A DNA stretch of 64,000 bases from the human T2T-CHM13v2.0 reference genome, Homo sapiens. This document shows positions 1 through 15,724 of the stretch, one piece after another. Position 1 is the stretch's first letter. Each line of letters starts with the position of its first letter. The DNA lies in NCBI RefSeq assembly GCF_009914755.1, contig NC_060927.1, one strand, 5' to 3'. Position numbers and translations under genes: made by a program. Under the pieces are notes generated by a model, which saw only the letters and a program-made list of their open reading frames with translations, made no database searches and was not told where the DNA came from.

Positions 1-1900
<1,900 letters not shown>

Positions 1901-2369
1901 TGAATTCTTTTTTGTTTTCACAGTGGCAGATAGTATATATTTGAATTCTAAACATATCTGAGGGCAGGCCCAATTTCACAAACTCAAAGGGACCTTGTAG
2001 AGTTCAAAGAGAGACATGATTGCTTCCTACCTCTTTGTGCTAGGGCAGAGTGGGATTGTACCTACTGAAATACAGTAGGTAACCCTGTGAGGGTCCTGGC
2101 TTTCATGAGGATCTCCCTTCTAACTCTCCACCTTTGGCCTAAGCTTTGCTTCCACATGGTCATCAACATTTGGTGGTTATAGAACTAATAACCCCTATCT
2201 CACTTCACTCCTATGCCAGAGGGGCCCTAGCATCAGCTCATGGGATTGTTGTTTTTGCTTTCCTCTCTATCTTTGGCTCCGGGATTTTCCCCTTACTTTA
2301 ATGGGAGCTCATCTGTACCTTTTAAGTTTTTATTAATATCATGTGAACACAGACCTGTATATATTGTTA

Positions 2370-2856
<487 letters not shown>

Positions 2857-2999
2857 TTATCTATAAAAGTATAGGTGCAACTCCTCAAGTATTAAAGACA
2901 AGATAGCTCGGATTGGACTTGACTTTCAGAGCCATAACTATTCTTAATATGTTGGTTTATCTTGGAATCAGACCATTTTCAGTTTCAACCTGTAAAACA

Positions 3000-3501
3000 G
3001 TGTACAAAGGAAACATGGAAAGTTTTCTATATATAAAGGGTTGTGAAATAATAACAGCTCACAGAAAATGCTGAAATGATGATTTGCTTCAGTACCCTCT
3101 GAAATTTCTCCCCTACCACCCCTCCTTCATCCCCATTGCTATCAATTCAAATTACAACAGCTAATTCTCAGGAGAACAGTAGAAGCCCAGTTTCTCTCCT
3201 CTTTCCCCTCTGACCCTCCTCCAATTAATCTGACTGCAGCGTAAACCTTTGCGGTTTAATATTGTGCAACTTCCACATTTCCCTCGCTCTCCCACCCAGC
3301 CCCCTCCCCCACCAAATTCAGGGGAACTCCCGTTACCGCAGTGCCACCAGCATTACTCATTCATCCCCATTCAGGCTTTCCTCAGCATTTATTAAGGACT
3401 CTCTGCTCCAGCCTCTCACTCTCACTCTCCTCCGCTCAAACTCAGCTCACTTGAGAGTCTCCTCCCGCCAGCTGTGGAAAGAACTTTGCGTCTCTCCAGC
3501 A
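3000..3501 (+). promoter_or_regulatory. PTX3: PTX3 proximal promoter and 5' UTR
   Basis: NF-kB site GGGAACTCCC 3322-3331. C/EBP-like ATTGTGCAAC 3261-3270 and TTGTGAAAT 3041-3049. Sp1-like CCCCTCCCCC 3301-3310 and AP-1 variant TTACTCA 3353-3359. Fits the known IL-1/TNF/TLR inducibility of PTX3. The exact TSS cannot be read from sequence. Confidence 0.8.
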
Positions 3502-3631
3502 ATGCATCTCCTTGCGATTCTGTTTTGTGCTCTCTGGTCTGCAGTGTTGGCCGAGAACTCGGATGATTATGATCTCATGTATGTGAATTTGGACAACGAA
3601 ATAGACAATGGACTCCATCCCACTGAGGACC
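3502..3631 (+). CDS. PTX3: Pentraxin 3 coding exon 1 (signal peptide and start of N-terminal domain)
   Basis: ATG at 3502 gives MHLLAILFCALWSAVLAENSDDYDLMYVNLDNEIDNGLHPTED, the recognisable PTX3 N-terminus. Donor C|GTAAGT at 3632; 130 nt, phase 1. Confidence 0.98.
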
Positions 3632-4080
3632 GTAAGTTCACTTTAACTGTTTCTCTGCTAACCCTGACTACATATCCACCTCTTGGTCTAAATAACACAC
3701 ATATACTTTGTGGCCAGTGAGACAAGTTAAAAATTTATAGCTTGTTATGCAAAAGTGAGAAGCACTTGAAGAAAGATGGAGGTTTCAAAGTTATTTCTGT
3801 AACGTACATAATGGGTTGAATCATATCAAATCGTCAATATTTGACTGTTTTGAGCTACATAACCGGCGATTTCATAGGGTACAACTTAATCTATACCTGA
3901 ATGAATGATTTCTGTCGTTTCTGAGACATTTACATGCTGTTTTTCGGAGGTGTCCTTAAAGGGAAGGGGAATGCCAGGAACGGGCTGCAACTTGGCACCA
4001 CCGAGGGAGGTCAGCTTTTACAAAGCACATCCAAGGCAGGCCTGGGCGGGCTGCTAACGTGTGTGTATCCCGTACTCTAG

Positions 4081-4482
4081 CCACGCCGTGCGCCTGCGGT
4101 CAGGAGCACTCGGAATGGGACAAGCTCTTCATCATGCTGGAGAACTCGCAGATGAGAGAGCGCATGCTGCTGCAAGCCACGGACGACGTCCTGCGGGGCG
4201 AGCTGCAGAGGCTGCGGGAGGAGCTGGGCCGGCTCGCGGAAAGCCTGGCGAGGCCGTGCGCGCCGGGGGCTCCCGCAGAGGCCAGGCTGACCAGTGCTCT
4301 GGACGAGCTGCTGCAGGCGACCCGCGACGCGGGCCGCAGGCTGGCGCGTATGGAGGGCGCGGAGGCGCAGCGCCCAGAGGAGGCGGGGCGCGCCCTGGCC
4401 GCGGTGCTAGAGGAGCTGCGGCAGACGCGAGCCGACCTGCACGCGGTGCAGGGCTGGGCTGCCCGGAGCTGGCTGCCGGCAG
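4081..4482 (+). CDS. PTX3: Pentraxin 3 exon 2 (N-terminal coiled-coil/oligomerisation domain)
   Basis: Acceptor CTCTAG at 4075-4080 with a CTAAC branch point at 4054-4058. Translates (P)TPCACGQEHSEWDK...ARPCA...RSWLPA(G). Donor AG|GTAAGG at 4483; 402 nt. Confidence 0.98.
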
Positions 4483-4588
4483 GTAAGGAGGCAAGCGGGG
4501 CCGGGACCTCCCACTGCGGCTTTGTTCCGGGAGCGCGCGTAACGGCAAGCCAAGCCAGGCAACCTTCTAGGGGAAGCTTTCATGGGAA

Positions 4589-4597
4589 GCGCGCGCG

Positions 4598-4640
<43 letters not shown>
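4589..4640. repeat. (GC)9(AC)17 compound microsatellite
   Basis: Read directly. Confidence 0.97.
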
Positions 4641-4642
<2 letters not shown>

Positions 4643-6196
4643 CTATTTCTGCATGCGCGGTCACAGAGCTCAGGCACACCATACAAGGCGGGAAAATTGG
4701 CTTTAAAAAAGTATTCCTCAGTCCTAAGGAGCCCTAAAGAGAGTTGTGGAGGTAACCATCACAGTCTTGAAATAGACGTCTAGGGCCCCTTACACCCGAT
4801 CCGACTAAGCGCTGCAGGAGTCCACTGGCCCGTTATAACCGTGATCCCTCTTGCCGCCCAGCTTCCCTCCGTTAGGGATTTCCACGTCTTCTAATTTTAT
4901 CCTGCCTCTGTCTTTAGAGGAGCTCTGGTTTCCCGCACTATTTCAGGGCCCAGGCTAACGTTTAGGGATGTTTTCCAGCCCCTCAGCCGGCCCCTCCTCT
5001 CCGCCCACCCATTCTCAGCAAGAAACTTGAGGCTAAAGCTAATCTCCCGAAGGGTCAGCGGAATTCTTCAGGGGTCCCCCAGCCCCCGGGGTTTGTGGAA
5101 TTAGCGCGACAGGGGAGGTCGGAGGGTGTGCGGTTTGGGATTCAGCGTGGAACAGTCAGGTGTAGGAGCCAATCCGTGTAGGGGATCCCAGCTCCACCCC
5201 AGGGATTCAGAGAATTGGGGCCAAGCAGGAGAGAGACTGTTCAAACCACAGGCAACTTCTCAAAGTCCCATGTGACACTCCATGAATCTCCAAACAGACA
5301 TGGGTTCCCAAAATAATACATTCTAAAGATGGTTAAAAGAAAGAAATAGAAGATTTGGAGCCAATCAATACTCCTTTGTATGCCAAAACTTCTAAGAAAT
5401 GGTGGTGTGACAATCATTTTGGATTGTATTAGAAAATCAGTGTCCTAGGTAAGAAAATATAACTTGCACTTTTCCTGAGAATCCTTCCCTGTATTTCCAA
5501 GAAAACAACTTTTGCTGGATGGGGAGGGGGAAGAAGCATGTTTCATTTAAAGTTAAAGAATTTTATGTAATGAGAGCATGTTTCATTTAAAGTTACAGAA
5601 ACCATATCATATTTCCTAAATATTTGAGGGGTGCTTGTCAGTAAATACTAAATAGGGCTTCAGAGGAGAAAAAGCATAAAATCAAATGTACACTAGATTC
5701 TCAATGTGACAGGAGAGAAATTAGAATTCTGCAGCCATTTTAATGGATGAAATGTCTTGTGTTTCGCAAACCACGTAAAGTCATTGTACATATAATGCAC
5801 CTGAAAAACCGAAGAATTACTCTATTTTTTATCTTCATCTTTGCATATTAGTTAGAGCAGAAGAGGGATGCATTTCTGAATTCTAAGATGTTAATCCTTA
5901 TTACATCCAATAATACTTTTACCCATATGCTTTGATTTATCTTCTCTTGGTCTCCAGCCAGCTTGGCTCCTAACCATTCTGTTGTTAGCCTCCTAAGAAC
6001 CTGGTTTTAATTTTGTTTGGTCTTTGATAATCAGAAAAACCTATTAGTTAAAAGCCATTTCATAAGAGAGTTTCTGACATTTTAAAGAGGTATTAAGAGC
6101 CTCGTTTTTGGGTATCCCTGGTCCCCAAAAGAGGATCACCAAAAATAGCCAACATGCGGTTCCAGTCCATGAACTTATATAGCCAGCGTAGCCTAG

Positions 6197-6601
<405 letters not shown>

Positions 6602-7139
6602 TTGAACACTACTTTATTGAAACTTTATAGAGACTATATCAAATGCCCATGGATATGGTGATTTTTTTCAGTGATTTTTATTTGATTTTAATTAACACAG
6701 CTGGAAGAAAAGATGTACCTAGCAATTTCATTTGAAAATAGAATCACTGCCTCATTAAAAATTAATTTTAAAAAATCTTCAAAAGTTCAAATTATTTAGT
6801 GAAAAAGTATCAAAGCATGACAGAGCCAGTTTTGTGTTTTAGTATTGTAGTTACTTTTATATGATTATCTGAATGCCAATATTTTATTTGACTATCCCTA
6901 ACACTAAAGGATAAGGTTCATATTTGTTTAATGTTTTCAGGATAGAGCCTACCCCTGAGCCACTTGTAGGAATCTGACATAGTTTACCACACTTTTACAT
7001 GGATGTTTGGTTTCTGCAAGTTCTTTCTCTTTACCAGTTATTCTGGAACCATTCTGGGAGTTTGCTTTTCAAAGCTGTCTTATGGCATATCTTCTTTAGG
7101 TTGTTATACCTGCCCTAATTTAGGTGTTTTTAAAAAAAT

Positions 7140-7275
7140 ACCTACATACACATACACACATATATATACACACACATTTATATACATATATGTATGTATA
7201 CATACATACATATCCATATGTATATATGTGTGTATATATACGTATACATACATATATATATATTTATGTATATAG
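7140..7275. repeat. (TA/CA/TG)n low-complexity tract
   Basis: Read directly. Confidence 0.9.
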
Positions 7276-7756
7276 ATGCAGAGCTCACCTGTTCTTTCCC
7301 AGGGACACGTAAAAGGTTTTCGTTTCAGCATCTCCAGCTTCCCAAATGGCTAAGTCGCCTTGAGATGGACAATGGTGGAAACTTACTGAGCTTTCCACCT
7401 CAAATTTGAAAGTCCCCCTCCCAAGTGCTCTTTAGCAGAAACATGTTCTCCAACCAGGCCCCTTGAAAGAATGTACTTCTCTTAAAGATTTTCAATTACT
7501 GCTTAAATAGTAATTATAAGCATGTGGACAAGGTAGAATTTTTAAACACATTTTTGGTCTATTCAGCTCTTAAGTGCTACATACTTGCTGCTTACAGACT
7601 TGCAGAATATTAGGAGCAGAATGGAAGGGCCTTTTTTAGATAACGCTAAAGCCTAGAGGAAATTATGGTGCTCATCCAAAGTTGCATGGCTCATTAGTAG
7701 TAACACCATCTGGATTCTAGCCCTCCTAGAGAAATCTAGGGGTTCTATTAATAAGA

Positions 7757-8000
7757 GGCACTGTAGTGTGCTGATTAAGGGCGTGGCCTCTGTGACCAGA
7801 CTGCAAAAATTCAAACTCTAGTTTTACTGCTTATCAGCTATGTAAACATAGATAAGTTACTTTTACCTAAGTTTTCTCATCTGTAAAATAGGAATGTAAA
7901 AGACTATCTCTTATGGTTGGCATAAGGATTAAAATGACAAACAAAATGATTAGAACAGTATCTGATACATAGTGAATGCCCAATAAGCTTAGTCATCATT
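7757..8000 (+). mobile_element. MIR
   Basis: Core TTTTCTCATCTGTAAAATAGGAAT and 3' GAACAGTATCTGATACATAGT. Confidence 0.7.
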
Positions 8001-8095
8001 ATTATACATTGTTGCCTTTCAAAGGTAGTTTTCTAAAAACTCTGCAAAGTTTACAAATATCTGAGAACATTTGGTGTATTAAAATGTATTCTGCA

Positions 8096-8409
<314 letters not shown>

Positions 8410-8933
8410 TCACTATCCTAGAATTTTGCTGAAAAATGCATGTTGGTAAAGGCTAAATGGAGCGAACTAGGTCTACTGAATTTCACAGGTTTATTATTTT
8501 AGGAACTTGGTGGTGGCAAAAAGAGAGAACCAGGTTGGGTTCTGAATTCTTGGAAATTATAGAATTATTGTCTGAAGTTAACTGATAGTGATTCAACTTT
8601 TTTAAAAAAAAGCAGTAACAAAGAAAATATGCAAATTGGAAGGGGAGGTAGTTATGGCTTTTATTATTTTGTGGGTTTGGACTAGTTGGCTCTTCTATTT
8701 GCGTGCTTTCTCTTCATTTAGATGCTTCATTGGATAAGACAATTGGCTTTCCTTTTTCTCATTTTCTTTGCTCTGCAGAGATTACAGTGGAAGCTTCTTA
8801 AGTCGTAATGTAGGGTTTCACATAGCTTTCAATTGTAATAATTAAAATTCTTATGTTAAATAACTAATGCCAGAATAATTCTGAATTAATTTATATTTTC
8901 TTTAATATTCTTCTTATTTTCTTGCTACTCTAG

Positions 8934-9547
8934 GTTGTGAAACAGCTATTTTATTCCCAATGCGTTCCAAGAAGATTTTTGGAAGCGTGCATCCAGTGAG
9001 ACCAATGAGGCTTGAGTCTTTTAGTGCCTGCATTTGGGTCAAAGCCACAGATGTATTAAACAAAACCATCCTGTTTTCCTATGGCACAAAGAGGAATCCA
9101 TATGAAATCCAGCTGTATCTCAGCTACCAATCCATAGTGTTTGTGGTGGGTGGAGAGGAGAACAAACTGGTTGCTGAAGCCATGGTTTCCCTGGGAAGGT
9201 GGACCCACCTGTGCGGCACCTGGAATTCAGAGGAAGGGCTCACATCCTTGTGGGTAAATGGTGAACTGGCGGCTACCACTGTTGAGATGGCCACAGGTCA
9301 CATTGTTCCTGAGGGAGGAATCCTGCAGATTGGCCAAGAAAAGAATGGCTGCTGTGTGGGTGGTGGCTTTGATGAAACATTAGCCTTCTCTGGGAGACTC
9401 ACAGGCTTCAATATCTGGGATAGTGTTCTTAGCAATGAAGAGATAAGAGAGACCGGAGGAGCAGAGTCTTGTCACATCCGGGGGAATATTGTTGGGTGGG
9501 GAGTCACAGAGATCCAGCCACATGGAGGAGCTCAGTATGTTTCATAA
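8934..9547 (+). CDS. PTX3: Pentraxin 3 exon 3 (pentraxin domain)
   Basis: Long pyrimidine tract and TAG acceptor ending 8933. Translates GCETAILFPMRSKK...GGAQYVS*. Pentraxin signature HLCGTWNS at 9206-9229 and N-glycosylation sequon NKT at 9059. Exon sum 130+402+614=1146 nt = 381 aa plus stop. Confidence 0.98.
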
Positions 9548-10160
9548 ATGTTGTGAAACTCCACTTGAAGCCAAAGAAAGAAACTCACACTTAAAACACA
9601 TGCCAGTTGGGAAGGTCTGAAAACTCAGTGCATAATAGGAACACTTGAGACTAATGAAAGAGAGAGTTGAGACCAATCTTTATTTGTACTGGCCAAATAC
9701 TGAATAAACAGTTGAAGGAAAGACATTGGAAAAAGCTTTTGAGGATAATGTTACTAGACTTTATGCCATGGTGCTTTCAGTTTAATGCTGTGTCTCTGTC
9801 AGATAAACTCTCAAATAATTAAAAAGGACTGTATTGTTGAACAGAGGGACAATTGTTTTACTTTTCTTTGGTTAATTTTGTTTTGGCCAGAGATGAATTT
9901 TACATTGGAAGAATAACAAAATAAGATTTGTTGTCCATTGTTCATTGTTATTGGTATGTACCTTATTACAAAAAAAAGATGAAAACATATTTATACTACA
10001 AGGTGACTTAACAACTATAAATGTAGTTTATGTGTTATAATCGAATGTCACGTTTTTGAGAAGATAGTCATATAAGTTATATTGCAAAAGGGATTTGTAT
10101 TAATTTAAGACTATTTTTGTAAAGCTCTACTGTAAATAAAATATTTTATAAAACTAGCTC
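9548..10160 (+). other. PTX3: PTX3 3' UTR
   Basis: AU-rich sequence from the stop codon to the AATAAA at 10135-10140; a more proximal AATAAA lies at 9703-9708. The 3' end is approximate. Confidence 0.85.
10135..10140 (+). terminator. PTX3 polyadenylation signal
   Basis: AATAAA preceded by several TGTA motifs and followed by T-rich sequence. Confidence 0.8.
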
Positions 10161-11908
10161 ACGTCATTTAATTATAAATTTAAGAGATGTTTTGGAGCAA
10201 ACTCGTACTTTTCTCTTTTCATTTAAAGTAGGCAATTAGTTTTCAGATACTATTATGTAAACAGCATGGTTAATATTGTTAGGAATGAGCAACTATAGAC
10301 TTGTTTTAAGTTTGGCTTCCTATAAATCATAAGCAAGAAATATTATCTCTGCCAAGTCAATTCATCTCTGTGGGTTTTAGTTTTCTCAGCTGAGAAATCA
10401 AGGAATTGATGAAATAAGAATCTCTAGGACTCTTCCCATTTGACAATTCTAGGAGCTTATACAACTTTCTGTACTGTGTAACATAAAAACAAACACCAAA
10501 CATGAATTATCACAGTTCCTCAGATACACATGATGCTGCAAGACATGGCTTAGGAATGTTATTTGGGAGACCTAAGAATCTGGAAAAGAACTCCTGCCCT
10601 GAAAGCACACCCCATTCTCTTCCTTACTCAGAAGGGAGAGGTCAAGCCCCTTCACACTGTGGATGGGGAGGTAACTTTTCCCCACCACACTAGTATTCTC
10701 CTGTAGATTCTATGTGAGGGCTGATAGAAGGGCCTCACAAAGCTGATTCTGAAATGTTGTGGGCCCACAGTGATGATATGTCCTCTGAAAGATAGGGCAT
10801 GGACAACCACAGGACATTTCCTCTTCATGAGGTTTGGAGAATAGGACCAGGAGTAATTTTGTAACTAACTAGCTAGGTGTCAGACAAGTTACATAACTCC
10901 TCTGCTTCTTCTCAGTAAAAGGAGGTGATTGGACTCAGTGCCTTTCAGCAATAAAATTCCATGAATCTAATAATTTTTGAGTATGTTCATCATATAAGTA
11001 TAGCTTCATTCCACTTGTGAAACCCACAAACGAGGCTAAGCCTCTAAGAAAATCACTTGTAGTTAGGGGCTGATAGGCCAGTCTCAGACTCTTGGAGATC
11101 ACATAATTCAAGGCTCTAGGCACACTGGGCACATGCAAAGTCCCTGTCTAGCCATTGTCTATATGACTTGAACTCCCAGCTGGAAGAAGGAAAACTAGAC
11201 CCAAAACTTAAGCAGAAAATTAGGCATGATTTAAATTCCTTTACATGCTGCAACACGAATTATACATGTTTAAGTGATGCCAGATGTTGCAGGCCGAGAT
11301 AAATGCAAACTCATATGCTGACAGAATTTAATATAAGAAAACTTTTAATTTTTTTAAGTAATTACATGTTTAGGGTGAAGAACAAACAAATAGAAGAAAA
11401 TAAAATAATACTTGGGTTAAAAAAGTAGAAATTTCATCTGTTAGAGCAGTAAGTCTAGCTAGGAGTTCTAGGGACTTCTAATTGTTCCCAGATATTCATT
11501 TTCTCTCTTTCTCTAAATGACAGAATCCTAGCTTTAGTGGAACATGTGACCACTCAGAGTAAATTCTATATTTTTCAACATTACTTGCAGCTTGATGCAG
11601 CCATATAACTATGTTCTGACCAACGCTGAAATATTATATGTGATTCTTTTCCTCCTTCTGTCTGATTGGAATATGGTAATGGGCTGGAATTTCAGCAACC
11701 ATCTTAGACCAGGAGACCCCATGCAACAATACAGAAGAAGCATGGGTTCCTGGTCATTGTGAAGCCATCTAGCCAGCCCTGAGCTGCCTGCCCACGGACT
11801 TCTTTTACGTGAGAGAAAAATATACTTTTGTCGTGTTTAATCTTTTAGTTGGTTGATCACTCAATCTAATTTTGATCCAGTAATTTTTATTTTAATTTAA
11901 AAAACTAC

Positions 11909-12430
<522 letters not shown>

Positions 12431-12786
12431 CTAAACTTGGAAAATGCATTTTACAAATTCTCAGGAAGTTGGATATCTGACTTAAAAAAACAACAACAAC
12501 TAAGCAATAACATTTAATGACTTTGAGAATATATAGGTGTTAGCAAAAGGAGGAAATAAGAAATGTGCAAAACTGAGATAAAATATCTAAAGAGAAGTAT
12601 CAGCATGCTGGCTTATGTTAGCACATTGTCACACATTTTCATTTACCAAATACTTATTGCGACATCACCATATTACAGCATAGTAAAGTAATTGTGCAAG
12701 ATGACTCAAGCTATTAGGAGGAAAGATGTATGTGTAATAAATATGTAATATATATATATACATATAAATAATATTATTTGTGTGTG

Positions 12787-12898
12787 TAGAGTGAACAACT
12801 GTCCTGGTTTGCCTAAGACTGTCCCATCTTTAGCACTGAAAGTTCCATGTCCTGGGAAGCCCTCAGTCCCACGCAAACTGGAACAGTTTTTCACTCTA
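12787..12898. mobile_element. MITE / hAT-Blackjack (MER81-like) DNA transposon
   Basis: 112 bp with terminal inverted repeats TAGAGTGAA...TTCACTCTA and an extended imperfect palindrome. Confidence 0.75.
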
Positions 12899-14162
12899 GT
12901 ATGTATGTATATATCTCCAGCAGAGCTAATTTTTTGGCAGAGATAATATATGAACTAAACACAGTTGATATTATTTTCCTTGTCTATTACAATATAAATT
13001 GGCTTATAAGTATTAACACCTTTAAAATATATTCAGAACATTCTACTACCAAGCATATAGTGTAGAATTGTAGAGCTTTCTATTTACAATTACTTGATTG
13101 ACTTCACTTTAACAAAGAATTAGATTTGCAAACAAACAAGAAATTATAATTGATTTTTATTTCATTTCCTGTCAAATCTTAGATTAGAAATCTCTTCCCT
13201 GAGTTTTACTAAGGCCAAATGTTTCCAGCATTGTCTTTCAGCCACTTAAGAAATGCACTCCTAAGGTTAAAGTCTTGGTTAAGGTAATTGTATATGTTCA
13301 TTGATGTATTCTTGGATTCAGTGAACATGAACACTCCTATCGTTGATCCTTGCATCAAGTTTTATAAATCTGGAGTGTAGCAGAAAAGTTTGCTGGGTTT
13401 GGGGTCAGAAATCCAGTATTCAAATCCTGGCACCATCACCTACTAACTTAATAACTCTAAGAAATCAGGCCTGTCAAGTAATCTCTATGAGTCTCAAATT
13501 AGTCAGGAACTTAGGGATAACAAGACTTGCCTACCTTGTTGAAAGATTAGTAAGCAGATAATTTTCAAAAAAGTGTTTTATAAACCATGAAGTTATATTG
13601 AAAATAAGATAGTTATCTTAAAAAATGTTTTTCCAAGTTGTTTTCAGTGGATTGAAACTAAATAAGCAAGCAAACAAAAATACGAACAAATAAATGAATG
13701 TAAGGATTCTTTTCCATTGTGGGTAAGTCATTTTCAGAGTTCAGCACACAAATGTCCAAATCTATGCAGGCCTTGTTCTACTTCACAGCAGCATCTACTG
13801 GTGAAGTCAAGAAGGTGCAAACTCTGAGTTAGATCAGATCCAAGATTTGGTTAACAATTTAGAAGTCTTTTCCTGTTTTAAGACGTCTCTATTCCTTGAT
13901 CCATATGTGCATTGTCTTTTCATAACTTTACATTTAATAGTTTTCTATGGGTATAAATATTCAGGTTGAATATTCTTAATAAGATTGCTTAGTAGCTTGT
14001 TTCCTAGAATATTTGATTAATAAATTCTTTCCCAACAACTTGTTTTATGGTGAACTTAAAAACCACTTCCTTTAAGAATAATTGTATCATGAATTTTTAA
14101 TGGTTAAGCATTTCCCTAGAGATTATGAAACTCCATGAGTGGATATGGTTCTGCTTCCAATC

Positions 14163-14462
14163 TTTTTTTTTTTTTTTTTTGAAATGGAGTCTCACTCTGT
14201 CTCCCAGGCTGGAGTGGAGTGGCATGATCTCGGCTCACTGCAACCTCTGCCTCCCAGGTTCAAGTGATTCTTCTGCCTCAGCCTCCTGAGTAGCTGGGAC
14301 TACAGGTGTGTGCCACCACGCCTGGCTAATTTTTGTATTTTTAGTAGAGATGGGGTTTTACCATGTTGGCCAGCCTGGTCTTGAACTCCTGACAACAAGT
14401 GATCTGCCCATCTCAGCCTCCCAAAGTGCTGGAATTACAGGCATGAGCCACAGCGCCTAGCC
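14163..14462 (-). mobile_element. AluS
   Basis: Poly-T then reverse Alu dimer; diverged TSD TGCTTCCAATC / TGCCTCCAGTC. Confidence 0.92.
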
Positions 14463-15363
14463 TGCCTCCAGTCTTTTAATATGGACCTGGTACACAGCAG
14501 ATACTCAATTGGTGATGACAAAAACAACCAGAACGATGATGATGATGATGATGATGATGATAGAAATCATGGTAACCATTGATGAACTATGGGCCCAGAA
14601 TTGTACAAAACATAGATATTTTATCTATTTAAGTCTCATACATCCTATATCACATATATTATAACTGTCATATTAAATGGGGGGGGGACAATTTTCTATC
14701 TCCATTTTTCTGAGACTGCTCACCAAGCAATGGTTTGAAATTTGTCTCACACAGAGAAAAAATGAGCTGAATTTATCATAATTAACTAGACAGTATTTTC
14801 CAGGTCATTGCCAGCAAGTAAAAAAGGAATTTGGACTCTTGATGAGATGTTACATTTTCTTCCCAAAGACTTTCTACTTAAGTTTCCAATCATTTGAAGT
14901 CGTTTTGTGACTTGTGCCAGAGGAGCATGTAAAAGGCATATTGATGGTGAGGCATATTTCTTTATTATGATCACTGATTCAGAAATGCAGAAAAAGGGAC
15001 ATTACTACTTTTAGATTAAATAGCAATGGTGTTCATTGCATTATGGAGTTTCACATCAAAATTTTAAAAGGGCTTCCCTATAAACCCTCAGATAATCCAC
15101 TGCAGTTGTAGGGTCTTCAATAATATTTTCAGCTTCTTGAGTGAAAGATATGCTAACTTGTGCTGCACTAAGCATTGGTTGTGCTTTTATTTATCAGTAC
15201 TGAAAAGGCATTACAGACCATTTTCATATGGCAAAGAACAAGTTTGGAGACTTATTCGGGAGCACTGGAAAACAACTTTCTTTTCTAAAAAGGTTCTGAT
15301 GTTACAAAACATCACATTTTACCCCTGATATAATTTAAGCAGAAAACAAATTCATTGCCCAAG

Positions 15364-15724
15364 TGATATGGTTTGGCTCTGTGTCCCCACCCAAATCTCA
15401 TCTTGAATTGTACTCCCATAATTCCCACATGTTGTGGGAGGGACCCAGTGGGAGATACTTGAATCATGAGGGTGGTTTCCCCCATACTATTCTCATGGTA
15501 GTAAATAAGTCTCATGAGATGTGATGGTTTTATAAGGGGTTTCAGCTTTCACTACCTCCTCATACTCTCTTGCCGCCACCATGTAAGAAGTGCCTTTCAC
15601 CTTCCACCATGATTGTGAGGCCTCCCTAGCCACGTGGAACTGTGAGTCCAATAAACATCTTTCTTTTGGAAATTGCCCAGTCTCAGGTACATCTTTATCA
15701 GCAGCATGAAAATGGACTAATACA
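15364..15724 (+). mobile_element. THE1 (MaLR) solo LTR
   Basis: TGATATGGTTTGGCT...GGACTAATACA ends; 5-bp TSD CCAAG at 15359-15363 and 15725-15729; internal TATA-like box and AATAAA (15650-15655). Confidence 0.92.

Larger units (their letters stand above)
4045..5150. promoter_or_regulatory. Intragenic CpG island / probable enhancer over PTX3 exon 2 and the start of intron 2
   Basis: Very high GC and CpG density against AT-rich flanks; kB-like motifs GGGAAGCTTTC (4571-4581) and GGGATTTCC (4875-4883). Confidence 0.8.

Noticed and set aside
3262-3501. 80-codon in-frame N-terminal extension of PTX3
   Set aside because: Starts at TTG inside the promoter, upstream of the NF-kB site, and would bury the signal peptide.
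4061-4706. Overlapping alternative-frame and antisense ORFs across PTX3 exon 2 (141, 138 and 91 aa)
   Set aside because: Expected from high GC content with few stop codons; low-complexity peptides, mostly non-ATG starts.
7003-7409. Cluster of Y/I/H/T-rich ORFs
   Set aside because: Translations of a TA/CA microsatellite.
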